Positions 25,329 through 33,643 of a stretch of DNA of 39,319 bases are shown piece by piece. The translations under genes and the position numbers were made by a program. The stretch is from Treponema sp. (GTDB taxonomy: Bacteria > Spirochaetota > Spirochaetia > Treponematales > Breznakiellaceae). Each line of letters opens with the position of its first letter. Within the stretch, counting starts at the first letter, position 1. The stretch lies in contig JAITBL010000201.1 in NCBI GenBank assembly GCA_031283575.1, forward strand, positions 1-39,319. The letters are read 5' to 3'. Under the pieces are notes generated by a model. It saw only the letters and a list, made by a program, of their open reading frames with translations. It ran no database searches and had not been told where the DNA came from.

Positions 25329-26723
25329 ATGCTTTCCGACGAGACGGCTTACCGGCAGCTGGTAAAGACCCTCAAGGCCGCCGGAAAGCCGGTGACTGCC
25401 GCCGACGTTACCGCGCGATCCGCGCTGCCGCTGGAACAGGTCAAGGCCCTGCTTCCCCGCGCGGCGGATGAGTTTTCGGCCGCCCTTGAGGTCACCGAAT
25501 CCGGCGAGATATGCTATTCCTTTCCGCGCGGTTTTTCCAGCCGCTATACCGGCGCCGCCGCCCGCTGGAAGCGCTTTTGCCATGCCGCCGGAACGGGTCT
25601 CAAGGCGGCCCTTTCCCTGTTCTTCAAAATCTGGATCATGGCGATGCTTGTCGGGTATTTCGCGCTTTTTGTGCTCATCGCCCTGGCGGCTCTTTTTTTC
25701 CTTGTGGCGGCTTCCTCTTCCGGCAAGAACAGGCGGAACAATCGCGACGACGACGGCGGCGGAATCAACTTTTCCGGCCTCCTCAACGGCCTCTTTCGTT
25801 TCTGGTTTTATTCCAATGTCTTTGGAGGCCAAAGTTACCGGAGGAGCGGCCGCGCCGCCGAACCGGGCGTTCCGCTCTACAAACAGGTTTTTTCCTTTGT
25901 TTTTGGCGACGGCGATCCCAATGCCGGCTGGGATCAAAAGCTGGGGCGGGTTTTAATCGCCTATATCCGTTCCCACCGGGGGGTGATTTCCCTTCCCGAG
26001 TTTATCGCCCTTTCGGGGCTCGGTCCCGCGGAGGCGGACAAGGCCCTCCTTTCCGCCTGTGTCAAATACGGCGGCAGCCCCGAGGCAAGCGACGAGGGAA
26101 CGGTCGTCTACCGTTTTGACGAGATACTTTTGGGCGAGGCCGAAGCGGGGGGGAGGCTTCCGGGGCCGGAGAAGGCGCGCTGGAAATTTTCATCGAACAA
26201 GTCATCGTCCAACGCCGCCTTTGCCCTGATCAACGCGGTCAATCTGGGCTTTGGGGCCTATTTCCTCTACTTCGCCCTTAATTCCCAGGCCGCCGCCGGA
26301 AGCGATATCGCGTATCTCTTTTTATTCGTTTATTCCGTATTGTACAACGCCGGCGTCACTTCGTTCGTTCCCATCGGGGCCGGCCTGGGCATCGTGCCGC
26401 TGCTCTTTTCGTTTCTTTTCTGGCTGATCCCCGCCCTGCGGAACGCCGGCCTCGAAAGCAAAAACCGCCGCATCGAAAAAGAAAACCGCCGCAAAAAGAC
26501 GGCCGCCGCCATCTGGAAAAACCCCCTGGAGGCGCGCGCCGCTTTGGGCGAGGATCTTATTGTCGAACTGGGGACCTATTCCCAGCCCGAAGTCACCGTG
26601 GATGAACAGGGCGCCGCGTATTCCTTCCGGGAGCTTCTGCGCGAAAAAACCGCCCTGGAAAATTACCGCGCGCAGGTTAAAGTGCGGGAACTGGGGAATA
26701 CGGTTTTCAGCTCGGAAGACTGA
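25329..26723 (+). CDS. multi-pass membrane protein of unknown function with a threefold soluble module
   Basis: ATG at 25329 (or GTG at 25317, overlapping the Rrf2 stop). TM pairs alternate with three soluble segments, each ending in an acidic-G-x3-Y-x-F motif (ESGEICYSF, DEGTVVYRF, DEQGAAYSF). Confidence 0.65.
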   Translation: MLSDETAYRQLVKTLKAAGKPVTAADVTARSALPLEQVKALLPRAADEFSAALEVTESGEICYSFPRGFSSRYTGAAARWKRFCHAAGTGLKAALSLFFKIWIMAMLVGYFALFVLIALAALFFLVAASSSGKNRRNNRDDDGGGINFSGLLNGLFRFWFYSNVFGGQSYRRSGRAAEPGVPLYKQVFSFVFGDGDPNAGWDQKLGRVLIAYIRSHRGVISLPEFIALSGLGPAEADKALLSACVKYGGSPEASDEGTVVYRFDEILLGEAEAGGRLPGPEKARWKFSSNKSSSNAAFALINAVNLGFGAYFLYFALNSQAAAGSDIAYLFLFVYSVLYNAGVTSFVPIGAGLGIVPLLFSFLFWLIPALRNAGLESKNRRIEKENRRKKTAAAIWKNPLEARAALGEDLIVELGTYSQPEVTVDEQGAAYSFRELLREKTALENYRAQVKVRELGNTVFSSED

Positions 26724-26809
26724 ATACGGACGATACGCCGGTTTTCGACGCTTAAAGCAGTTATCCGCGAAAACACGGACTTCCGCGCGGAGAGCCCGTT
26801 TCCGGCCGT

Positions 26810-28936
26810 TCAGCTAAAAAGAAAGCGTTCCACATCCCGTACCATGCCGGCGGACTCGCCGAACGAAGTTTTGGTTTCGGGCAGGGCCCGGAGAAAGGCC
26901 TGTCCGTACCACATGGAAAGGATACGCCTGTCCAGTACCACTACCACGCCGTAATCGTCCGCCCTGCGCATCAGCCGGCCAAAACCCTGCTTGAACTTCA
27001 TGACCGCGTCGGGCAGGGAATATTCGGTAAAAGAATTGATTCCCTGGGCTTCAAGTTTTTCGCGGCGGGCCTCGTAGAGGGGATCTTTGGGCGTTCTAAA
27101 GGGAAGCCGGCAGAGGATCACCATGCGCAGGGTTTCTCCCGGGGCGTCCACGCCTTCCCAAAAACTGTCGGTGGCAAAAAGGACGCTTTCTTTTTCTTCG
27201 AGAAAACGGGCAAGGAGCCGTGAACGGTCCGCCGCGCCCTGGCGCAGACAGAGTATGCCCGCGTCTTCCAGCGCGGGCGCGGCCGCCTCGTAGGCCGCGC
27301 TCAGGGACTGGTACGAGGTGAACAGCACCAGCGCCGAACCTCCCGCGATACTCACCAAATCCCTGACGGCGCCGTTCACAAAATCCTGATACGACGCCTC
27401 TCCGGGCAGCGGCGCGTCGGCGGGAACGGCGAGGAGGGTGCGGCTCCGGTAGGGAAACGGCGAAGGGAAAAAACCCGTGACCAGTTCCTTGTCGGCAAGC
27501 AGTGCCCCGGTCCGGCGGCTCCAGTATTCGAAGGGGGTCAGTGTAGCCGAAAGGGCGGCCACCGTCGCATTGGCCTCAAAAAGTGAACGCCGCAAGAGCG
27601 GCGCCAAATCGAGGGGCGAGGCCTTCCACCGGATTTGAGCGCCCGATTTTTCGATCCAGAAAACACGGTTTTGATCCTCGCGGTAATTGATAAAAGCAAG
27701 GCAAAGCTCGGCGATTTCGGCCAAACGGCCGCGTACGGCCCGCAGTTCCCATACAACGGGATCCTGCAGCTCCCGTTCCTCCGCTTCGTCCAGCAAAGTT
27801 TCAATAAAAACGCAGATCTTTTGCAGGCCGCGCCGCAGCGCTTCCAGCGGCGGAAAGAGGGCGGCGGTATCGCCGCGCGCGGGGCAAAGACGGCCGCTTC
27901 CCTCCCTGCCGCAAAAAGCAAGGGCCGCTTCGCCGGCCTTGTCCGCCCACTCACGCGCCTGATCCAGAGCGGCGTGGATCTTTTTTGGCAGAACGCCGCG
28001 GGATACGGAAGCCGCGCGGCTTTTACTTTTTTTTGCAAAGGACGGCAGCAGCGAGGCGGCCTTAATCAAAAGCCCCGATTCACGGGTCCGCTTTTTCCGG
28101 TAGAGCCGGCCCAGGCTGCGTTGAAGGCCGTAACGGCTCCATTCATCCGAAAAAAACGCGGTGGCGGCCCCTTCGATGGTATGGGCCTCGTCAAGAATGA
28201 TCCGCGACGCCGAAGGCAGCACCACCTGCGCCTCGTAGCCCGCCCCCTGCATACGGGCCGCAAGGTCGGCAAAGAGGAGGTGATGGTTTACGACGAGAAT
28301 ACGCGCTTCTTCCGCCCGCCTGCGCAGACGGAAGAAGAAACAGTCCGTTTTATGGGGGCAGTGAAAGCTCATGCAGGAATCCGCTTCGGAACAGACGCGG
28401 GACCAGACCTCGTCGGAAGGCGGGTTTTCCAGCTCCGAAAAACTGCCCTCGCCGCTGTTTGCGGACCAGCGGGCAATATCCGCAAGGACGCCGTTTTCTT
28501 CCGCGTCGAGGCCCGCCTCGGAGACGGCGTCTTCAAGCCGCCTGAGGCACAGATAGTTTCCGCGGCCCTTGACGAGAACCGCGTTAAGCTCCCGCTCCAG
28601 CGCCTCCTCGATAAGCGGAATATCCTTGTTGTAGAGCTGGGTTTGCAGGGTGATGGTCGCGGTAGAAATAATCACCCGCTCGCCGGTCTTTTCGCTGAAT
28701 TCGGCGGCGGGAAGGAGGTAGGCAAAGGATTTGCCTACTCCCGTACCCGCTTCGGCGGCGGCAACAAGATCGTGGTTAAAAGCGCCGGCAATAAAGCGGA
28801 CCAAATCGAGCTGGGCATCCCGCCTTTCGTAAGAACCCAGACGGCGGGCCACGGCTTCTTCCAGTACGGCGCACAGCGCCTCGCTGTCGAGAATGGGAGC
28901 GCCGGATTTTTTCCTGCCCGGCGTTGCCGTATCCAT
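26810..28936 (-). CDS. dinG: DinG/XPD-family ATP-dependent DNA helicase with a probable Fe-S cluster domain
   Basis: Walker A AEAGTGVGKS, DEAH box (ILDEAHTIEG), a Cys cluster (YLCLRRL...VCSEADSCMSFHCPHKTDCFF) and a helicase C-terminal domain. Confidence 0.88.
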   Translation of the reverse strand: MDTATPGRKKSGAPILDSEALCAVLEEAVARRLGSYERRDAQLDLVRFIAGAFNHDLVAAAEAGTGVGKSFAYLLPAAEFSEKTGERVIISTATITLQTQLYNKDIPLIEEALERELNAVLVKGRGNYLCLRRLEDAVSEAGLDAEENGVLADIARWSANSGEGSFSELENPPSDEVWSRVCSEADSCMSFHCPHKTDCFFFRLRRRAEEARILVVNHHLLFADLAARMQGAGYEAQVVLPSASRIILDEAHTIEGAATAFFSDEWSRYGLQRSLGRLYRKKRTRESGLLIKAASLLPSFAKKSKSRAASVSRGVLPKKIHAALDQAREWADKAGEAALAFCGREGSGRLCPARGDTAALFPPLEALRRGLQKICVFIETLLDEAEERELQDPVVWELRAVRGRLAEIAELCLAFINYREDQNRVFWIEKSGAQIRWKASPLDLAPLLRRSLFEANATVAALSATLTPFEYWSRRTGALLADKELVTGFFPSPFPYRSRTLLAVPADAPLPGEASYQDFVNGAVRDLVSIAGGSALVLFTSYQSLSAAYEAAAPALEDAGILCLRQGAADRSRLLARFLEEKESVLFATDSFWEGVDAPGETLRMVILCRLPFRTPKDPLYEARREKLEAQGINSFTEYSLPDAVMKFKQGFGRLMRRADDYGVVVVLDRRILSMWYGQAFLRALPETKTSFGESAGMVRDVERFLFS

Positions 28937-28964
28937 GGCCTCTTGGCAAAAGCCCCGGGCGCTT

Positions 28965-29924
28965 TTAGCGCCGGGGGCTGTTCACGACGCCCGACTCTTC
29001 CTTGGGCGACGCGAGGTACACGATCGAGCGTACGGTGGTACCCTCGCCGCGCTTTGAATTGATCGTAAACTCGTCGCTTACCCGTTTGGTGTTGGGCAGC
29101 CCCATGCCGGCGCCGAAGCCCAGTGAGCGTATCCATTCATTGGCGGTGGACCAGCCTTCCTGTAACGCCAGCGTTACGTCCTCGATTCCCGGGCCGGTGT
29201 CGGCGGCGACGATCACGACGCGGTCGGGCTGAATGGAACAGGTAATGGTACCGCCGTTTGAATGTACGACCTGGTTGATTTCAAGTTCGTAACTGGCAAT
29301 GGCAATGCGCCTGATGATCTGCGGATCGATGTTGTGCTGTTTGAGGGCTTTTTTTATTTCGGTCGAAGCCTTGCCGGCCAGTTCAAAGTCATGCTTTGCC
29401 GTGCCGAATTCCATTTCCGTATGACCGGTAACGGAATGATCGGCGGCGGGATGGGCTTTTTCCAGACGCAGCACTTCGCGGTTCATTTCCACCAGGAGCG
29501 TACTGATCACGTCTTTTGCGGTAAGAATTCCCACCAGTTCCTGTTTTTTATTAACCACCGGATAACGGCCGTAACTGTACTTGTTGATATAGGAAATGGC
29601 AAACGAAAGGGGCATGTCGTGCTCAAGCACAATAAGATTACGGGTCATTTTTTCTTCCGCCGTCGCGTCGATGTAGCCTTTGTCGAGGGCGGTAACTATG
29701 TCGTCGATCGAAACAAGGCCAAGGAGTTTGTTCCCTTCGGTAACAGGAAGGCCCGTCAAATAATTTTCGCGCATGATCGCCTGGATGTGGCGCAGAGTGT
29801 CGGTTTTTCTGGCGGTGATCACCGCCGTCGTCATGACGTCCTTTATCTTGAGCTGGTAGATCAGCTCGAGCACCACCGAAGGCGAATCGACGGTGCTGAT
29901 GGGAATCGCTTCGGTTTCAGCCAT
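28965..29924 (-). CDS. CBS-pair domain fused to a GHKL (SpoIIAB/RsbW-like) ATPase/kinase domain
   Basis: Two CBS repeats (IKDVMTTAVITA..., LVGILTAKDVIS...). The C-terminus has an N-box-like INQVVHSNGG and G-boxes DTGPGIED and GFGAGMGLPNTKR. Confidence 0.75.
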   Translation of the reverse strand: MAETEAIPISTVDSPSVVLELIYQLKIKDVMTTAVITARKTDTLRHIQAIMRENYLTGLPVTEGNKLLGLVSIDDIVTALDKGYIDATAEEKMTRNLIVLEHDMPLSFAISYINKYSYGRYPVVNKKQELVGILTAKDVISTLLVEMNREVLRLEKAHPAADHSVTGHTEMEFGTAKHDFELAGKASTEIKKALKQHNIDPQIIRRIAIASYELEINQVVHSNGGTITCSIQPDRVVIVAADTGPGIEDVTLALQEGWSTANEWIRSLGFGAGMGLPNTKRVSDEFTINSKRGEGTTVRSIVYLASPKEESGVVNSPRR

Positions 29925-30837
29925 CGGCGCGCGCTCCCTGATCGCGGGAGTCTTTTCCCGCGATTATCTTTTCCTCGATCACCTTTCCTTCAATCACCTT
30001 GCCCTCGATCATCTTGCCCTCAATCACCTTGCCCTCAATGACATAACGCTCGATGATCTCGGCCACTCCGTCTTCGTCGTTGGTTTTGTCCGTTACCAGG
30101 GCGGCGATCTCTTTGATGCGATCGTCGCCGTTCACCATCGCGACGGGAAAGCCCGCCCAGCGGAGCATGGCCTCGTCGTTCATCGAATCGCCTATGGCAA
30201 GCGCCGCTTCTGGCGGTATGGAAAGTTTTTCCGCCACCGCCGCCAGCGCGCTGCCCTTGTTCACCTCCGGCGGGAGCACTTCGAGCAGATAGGGCCTGGT
30301 GGAAAAGATTCGCGCCCCTTCGGCGTAGCTTTCGAGCAGCCTTGCCAGGGGGGCAAGGGTCATGGGGTCTCCGGGTATCAGCATTTTCCGGCAGCCCGCG
30401 GCAACCATGGAACGGAAATTTTCTACCACTACCTGGCGTATTCCCGTGATCTTTTGATCGTATTCGGCAAACTCGTTGGAACGGGAAATATACATAATGT
30501 CGTCGTAGATCTGGACGGCGAAGCCTTCGGCGTCGGCCATGTCAAAAATAATGAGGGCCGCGGCGGCCGGTATTTTGACATCGCGGATAATGGCGCCGGT
30601 ATCGCTTTCCTGAACAAGGCCGCCGTTATCGGCAATCAGATAGCCGCGTTTTTTGTTAAAACCCAGAATGCGCGAAAAGTGGTCCATCGCCTGCGGGGTG
30701 CGGCTCGAAACAAGGGCGACGGTGACGCCCTTCGCCATGGCTTTGCGCAGGGCGTTCCGCGTACGAAACGAAACCGTCAAATCGGAGCGGAGGAGGGTGT
30801 CGTCCATATCCAGGGCAATCAGCCGTAGATTCGTCAT
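29917..30837 (-). CDS. Cof-type HAD-IIB hydrolase with a C-terminal (V/M)IEGK pentapeptide-repeat tail
   Basis: LIALDMDDTLL (motif I) and GDSMNDEAML (motif IV). The tail reads VIEGKVIEGKMIEGKVIEGKVIEEKIIAGK. 8-nt overlap with the downstream CBS gene. Confidence 0.85.
   Translation of the reverse strand: MTNLRLIALDMDDTLLRSDLTVSFRTRNALRKAMAKGVTVALVSSRTPQAMDHFSRILGFNKKRGYLIADNGGLVQESDTGAIIRDVKIPAAAALIIFDMADAEGFAVQIYDDIMYISRSNEFAEYDQKITGIRQVVVENFRSMVAAGCRKMLIPGDPMTLAPLARLLESYAEGARIFSTRPYLLEVLPPEVNKGSALAAVAEKLSIPPEAALAIGDSMNDEAMLRWAGFPVAMVNGDDRIKEIAALVTDKTNDEDGVAEIIERYVIEGKVIEGKMIEGKVIEGKVIEEKIIAGKDSRDQGARADG
29962..30036 (-). repeat. five tandem 15-bp units inside the HAD gene 3' end
   Basis: Plus strand: gattatcttttcctc / gatcacctttccttc / aatcaccttgccctc / gatcatcttgccctc / aatcaccttgccctc. 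Confidence 0.9.
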
Positions 30838-30843
30838 AATCCC

Positions 30844-30872
30844 AGAATAAACCCAAAAAGGCCATAGTTCAA
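30844..30872 (-). promoter_or_regulatory. sigma-70-type promoter TTGAAC-17-TATTCT, 6 nt before the HAD ATG (leaderless geometry)
   Basis: Minus strand: TTGAAC at 30872-30867, TATTCT at 30849-30844, ATG at 30837. No SD. Confidence 0.5.
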
Positions 30873-30892
30873 TAGCAATTATCGGCGCTCTA

Positions 30893-30901
30893 TGGTATAG
30901 T
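30893..30901 (+). promoter_or_regulatory. extended -10 (TGgTATAGT), 6 nt before the parA ATG (leaderless geometry)
   Basis: TG at 30893-30894, TATAGT at 30896-30901, then TTTTTT, then ATG at 30908. No SD. Confidence 0.5.
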
Positions 30902-30907
30902 TTTTTT

Positions 30908-31666
30908 ATGGGAAAAAGCTTTGTATTTGTGAATCAGAAGGGCGGGGTAGGCAAGACCACCTCGGCGGTGAACCTGGGGGCATATCTGGCCGAAGCGGGC
31001 AAGAAAGTGCTTCTTGTTGACTTTGATTCCCAGGCCAATTTGACCAGCGGCGTGGGCCTTGACAAAACCACCAAGCCCGGGGTTTACGAGCTGATTACCG
31101 GCCAGGCTTCCCCCGAACAGGTGATCCGCGAAACTTCGGTGCCGAACCTGTGGACCATTCCTTCGAGCATAGACCTTTCCGGCGCCGCCGTGGAACTGGT
31201 TGAACAGGAGAAGCGGGACCTCTTTCTTAAAACGGCCCTCGAAAGTTCCTGCGACGCTTACGACTATATCATGATCGACTGTCCGCCCTCTTTGGGGGTG
31301 CTGACCCTCAACGGGCTCGCCGCGGCCGATTCGGTGCTCATTCCCATGCAGTGCGAATATTTCGCCATGGAGGGTCTCTCCCTGCTCCTGCAGACGATAC
31401 GGCGCATTCAGAAGGGCCTTAACACCCGGCTGCGGATCGGGGGGATCTTTTTTACGATGTACGATCAAAGGACCCGCCTTGCCCAGGATGTGGTCAGGGA
31501 AGTAAGCGCCTACTTTCGCGAAAAAGTATTCGCGACTATCATTCCCCGGAATGTGCGGATTTCCGAAGCGCCTTCCTACGGCCAGCCGATTTCCCAGTAC
31601 GATCCTGTCAGCGCCGGCGGCAAGGCATACCAGAGCCTGGCAAGGGAATTGACCGAACGTGGTTAA
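30908..31666 (+). CDS. parA: ParA/Soj chromosome-partitioning ATPase
   Basis: Deviant Walker A NQKGGVGKTT and a typical Soj-like sequence throughout. Confidence 0.93.
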   Translation: MGKSFVFVNQKGGVGKTTSAVNLGAYLAEAGKKVLLVDFDSQANLTSGVGLDKTTKPGVYELITGQASPEQVIRETSVPNLWTIPSSIDLSGAAVELVEQEKRDLFLKTALESSCDAYDYIMIDCPPSLGVLTLNGLAAADSVLIPMQCEYFAMEGLSLLLQTIRRIQKGLNTRLRIGGIFFTMYDQRTRLAQDVVREVSAYFREKVFATIIPRNVRISEAPSYGQPISQYDPVSAGGKAYQSLARELTERG

Positions 31667-32537
31667 GCAGAGCCGCCTTGGCAGGGGACTCTCGGCCCTG
31701 CTTCCCGACGAAGAGGCCGTAAAATCCAAAGTTTCCGACAAAGGCAGGCGCGGCGCCGCCGAACTGCTGATCCCCCTGGACCGCCTTCGCGCCAATCCGG
31801 GGCAGCCCCGCAAACACTTTGACGACGCCGAACTGGCCGAACTGGCCGCGTCGATCAGGGAACACGGCGTGATTCAGCCGGTTATTGTCGATGAGGAAGA
31901 AGACGGCTATATCATCATTGCCGGCGAACGGCGGACGCGGGCGGCGCGTCTCGCGGGCCTGGGCGAAATACCCGTCGTTGTGCGGCGTTATTCGGACCGG
32001 CAGCGCCTCGAAGTCGCCCTGGTCGAAAATATCCACCGCGCGGACCTTAACCCCATCGAGGAGGCCGCCGCCTACCGCGAGCTTATGGAGAGGTCCGGCC
32101 TTTCCCAGGACGAAGCCGCCGCGCGGGTAGGCAAAAACCGTTCCACCGTCGCCAATGCCCTGCGCCTCCTCAGGCTTCCCGATAACATGCGGAAGGCCCT
32201 TGAAGAAGGCGCGCTCAGCGCGGGACACGCGCGGGCCATACTCTCCGTTACCGGTTCCGCCGCCCAGGAGAAACTTTTTGCGGAAATTTCCGCAAAAAAT
32301 CTTTCGGTGCGTCAGGCCGAAGACCGGGCGGCGGAATTTTCCGGCAGGGGAAAAAAAACGGAAAAAACACCGGCAGGCAAACGTGATCCGGAACTTAAGG
32401 CCATGGAGGATCGCTTTATACAAAAGCTTGGCACGAGGGTCGTCATTAACGGAACATTAAGGAAAGGCCGCGTGGAAATCGATTATTATTCTATGGATGA
32501 TTTGGACAGACTCTACCATCTTTTGGGAGACTCATAA
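31659..32537 (+). CDS. parB: ParB/Spo0J partition protein
   Basis: LGRGLSALL, QPRKHFD and the GERRTRAA box. GTG start overlapping parA by 8 nt. Confidence 0.92.
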   Translation: MVKQSRLGRGLSALLPDEEAVKSKVSDKGRRGAAELLIPLDRLRANPGQPRKHFDDAELAELAASIREHGVIQPVIVDEEEDGYIIIAGERRTRAARLAGLGEIPVVVRRYSDRQRLEVALVENIHRADLNPIEEAAAYRELMERSGLSQDEAAARVGKNRSTVANALRLLRLPDNMRKALEEGALSAGHARAILSVTGSAAQEKLFAEISAKNLSVRQAEDRAAEFSGRGKKTEKTPAGKRDPELKAMEDRFIQKLGTRVVINGTLRKGRVEIDYYSMDDLDRLYHLLGDS

Positions 32538-33586
32538 TGGCTCTATCGAGGGTTGAAAAAGCGCGCCGGCCGCGTAAACCCCGCAAAAAACTTGCTTTCG
32601 AAGACGCCGTCAGGGCGGCCCTGGTTGCGGCGGCGGTAATCTGCGCGGCGGTGCTTGGCGCGGGCGGCTTTTTCGCGGTCCGTTCCGTTCTGGCATCCCC
32701 TTCTCTCCCGCCGCCCGCGCTCGACGCCGGGGACGGCGAAACGGACGGCGCCGCGCCGGCCGTACCGCCCGAGGCCTACCCTGGGGACGCGGGCGGAAAC
32801 ACGGACGGCGGGACCGGTATACTCCCCGAACTGGAAGAGGCGATACGCCAACTGGATTCCGGAACAACGCCGCCGGTCCCGCCGCCCGCGGCCCCGCCTG
32901 TCATGCCGGCCGAGCGAAAGGGCGTTCTGGTATTTGTGATCGACGACGCCGGCAACAATCTGCGGGAACTGGAGCCCTTTCTCGCCTTTCCCGGCCCCCT
33001 CACCATCGCGGTACTGCCCGCGCTCCCCAATTCGGCGGAAGCGGCAAGGCGTATTCGCGCCGCCGGCAAGGAAGCTTTTCTTCATCAGCCCATGGAACCC
33101 CTCGGCGCCCAGGACCCGGGTCCGGGCGCGATCAAAACCGGCATGACTCCAGCCGAAGTCAAAGCGGTACTTGACAAAAACCTCGACGAAATCGGGCCCG
33201 TAACGGGGGTCAACAACCATGAGGGTTCGCGGGCGACCATGGACAGGGAAATCATGAAAGCCCTGCTTGAGGGGATTCATGCCCGGCGCCTGGTTTTTCT
33301 TGACTCGCGGACCATAGCCGACACCGCGGGACCCGCCGCCGCCAAAGAACTGGGACTCGACATAGCCCAGCGCGACATCTTTCTTGATAACGAACAGGAT
33401 AGGGATTCGATCATCAAAATGATTAACGAAGGGATGAAGAAGGCCCAAAGCTCGGGCGTGGCGATTATGATCGGCCACACCTGGTCGCCGCATCTTGCCG
33501 AAATCCTTACGCGGCTTTATCCCTCTTTTGTCAAAGAGGGATACTATCTGGCCACGGTGGGCGCTATTCTTGACGCGGGAAAATGA
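32537..33586 (+). CDS. divergent polysaccharide deacetylase family protein (YibQ-like) with an N-terminal TM anchor
   Basis: VLVFVIDDAGNN...LPALPNS...HQPMEP...NNHEGSRATMD pattern. The ATG overlaps the parB stop (TAATG). Confidence 0.75.
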   Translation: MALSRVEKARRPRKPRKKLAFEDAVRAALVAAAVICAAVLGAGGFFAVRSVLASPSLPPPALDAGDGETDGAAPAVPPEAYPGDAGGNTDGGTGILPELEEAIRQLDSGTTPPVPPPAAPPVMPAERKGVLVFVIDDAGNNLRELEPFLAFPGPLTIAVLPALPNSAEAARRIRAAGKEAFLHQPMEPLGAQDPGPGAIKTGMTPAEVKAVLDKNLDEIGPVTGVNNHEGSRATMDREIMKALLEGIHARRLVFLDSRTIADTAGPAAAKELGLDIAQRDIFLDNEQDRDSIIKMINEGMKKAQSSGVAIMIGHTWSPHLAEILTRLYPSFVKEGYYLATVGAILDAGK

Positions 33587-33643
33587 TCCGCCCGTGAATA
33601 TCGCGCAAGCGGCGCCAAAATAACCGTATACTATGGATGTGTT

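Noticed and set aside
28948-28966. Hairpin AAAAGC-cccgggc-GCTTTT between the CBS-GHKL gene and dinG as a terminator
   Set aside because: The stem is only 6 bp, four of them A-T. It includes the stop codon and is followed directly by the dinG SD. It is more likely read-through within an operon.
27635-29062. 475-aa plus-strand ORF
   Set aside because: It is antisense to the dinG and CBS-GHKL genes, both of which have clear family motifs.
30890-32423. Minus-strand ORFs 30890-31813 and 31608-32423
   Set aside because: They are antisense to parA and parB, whose identities are unambiguous.
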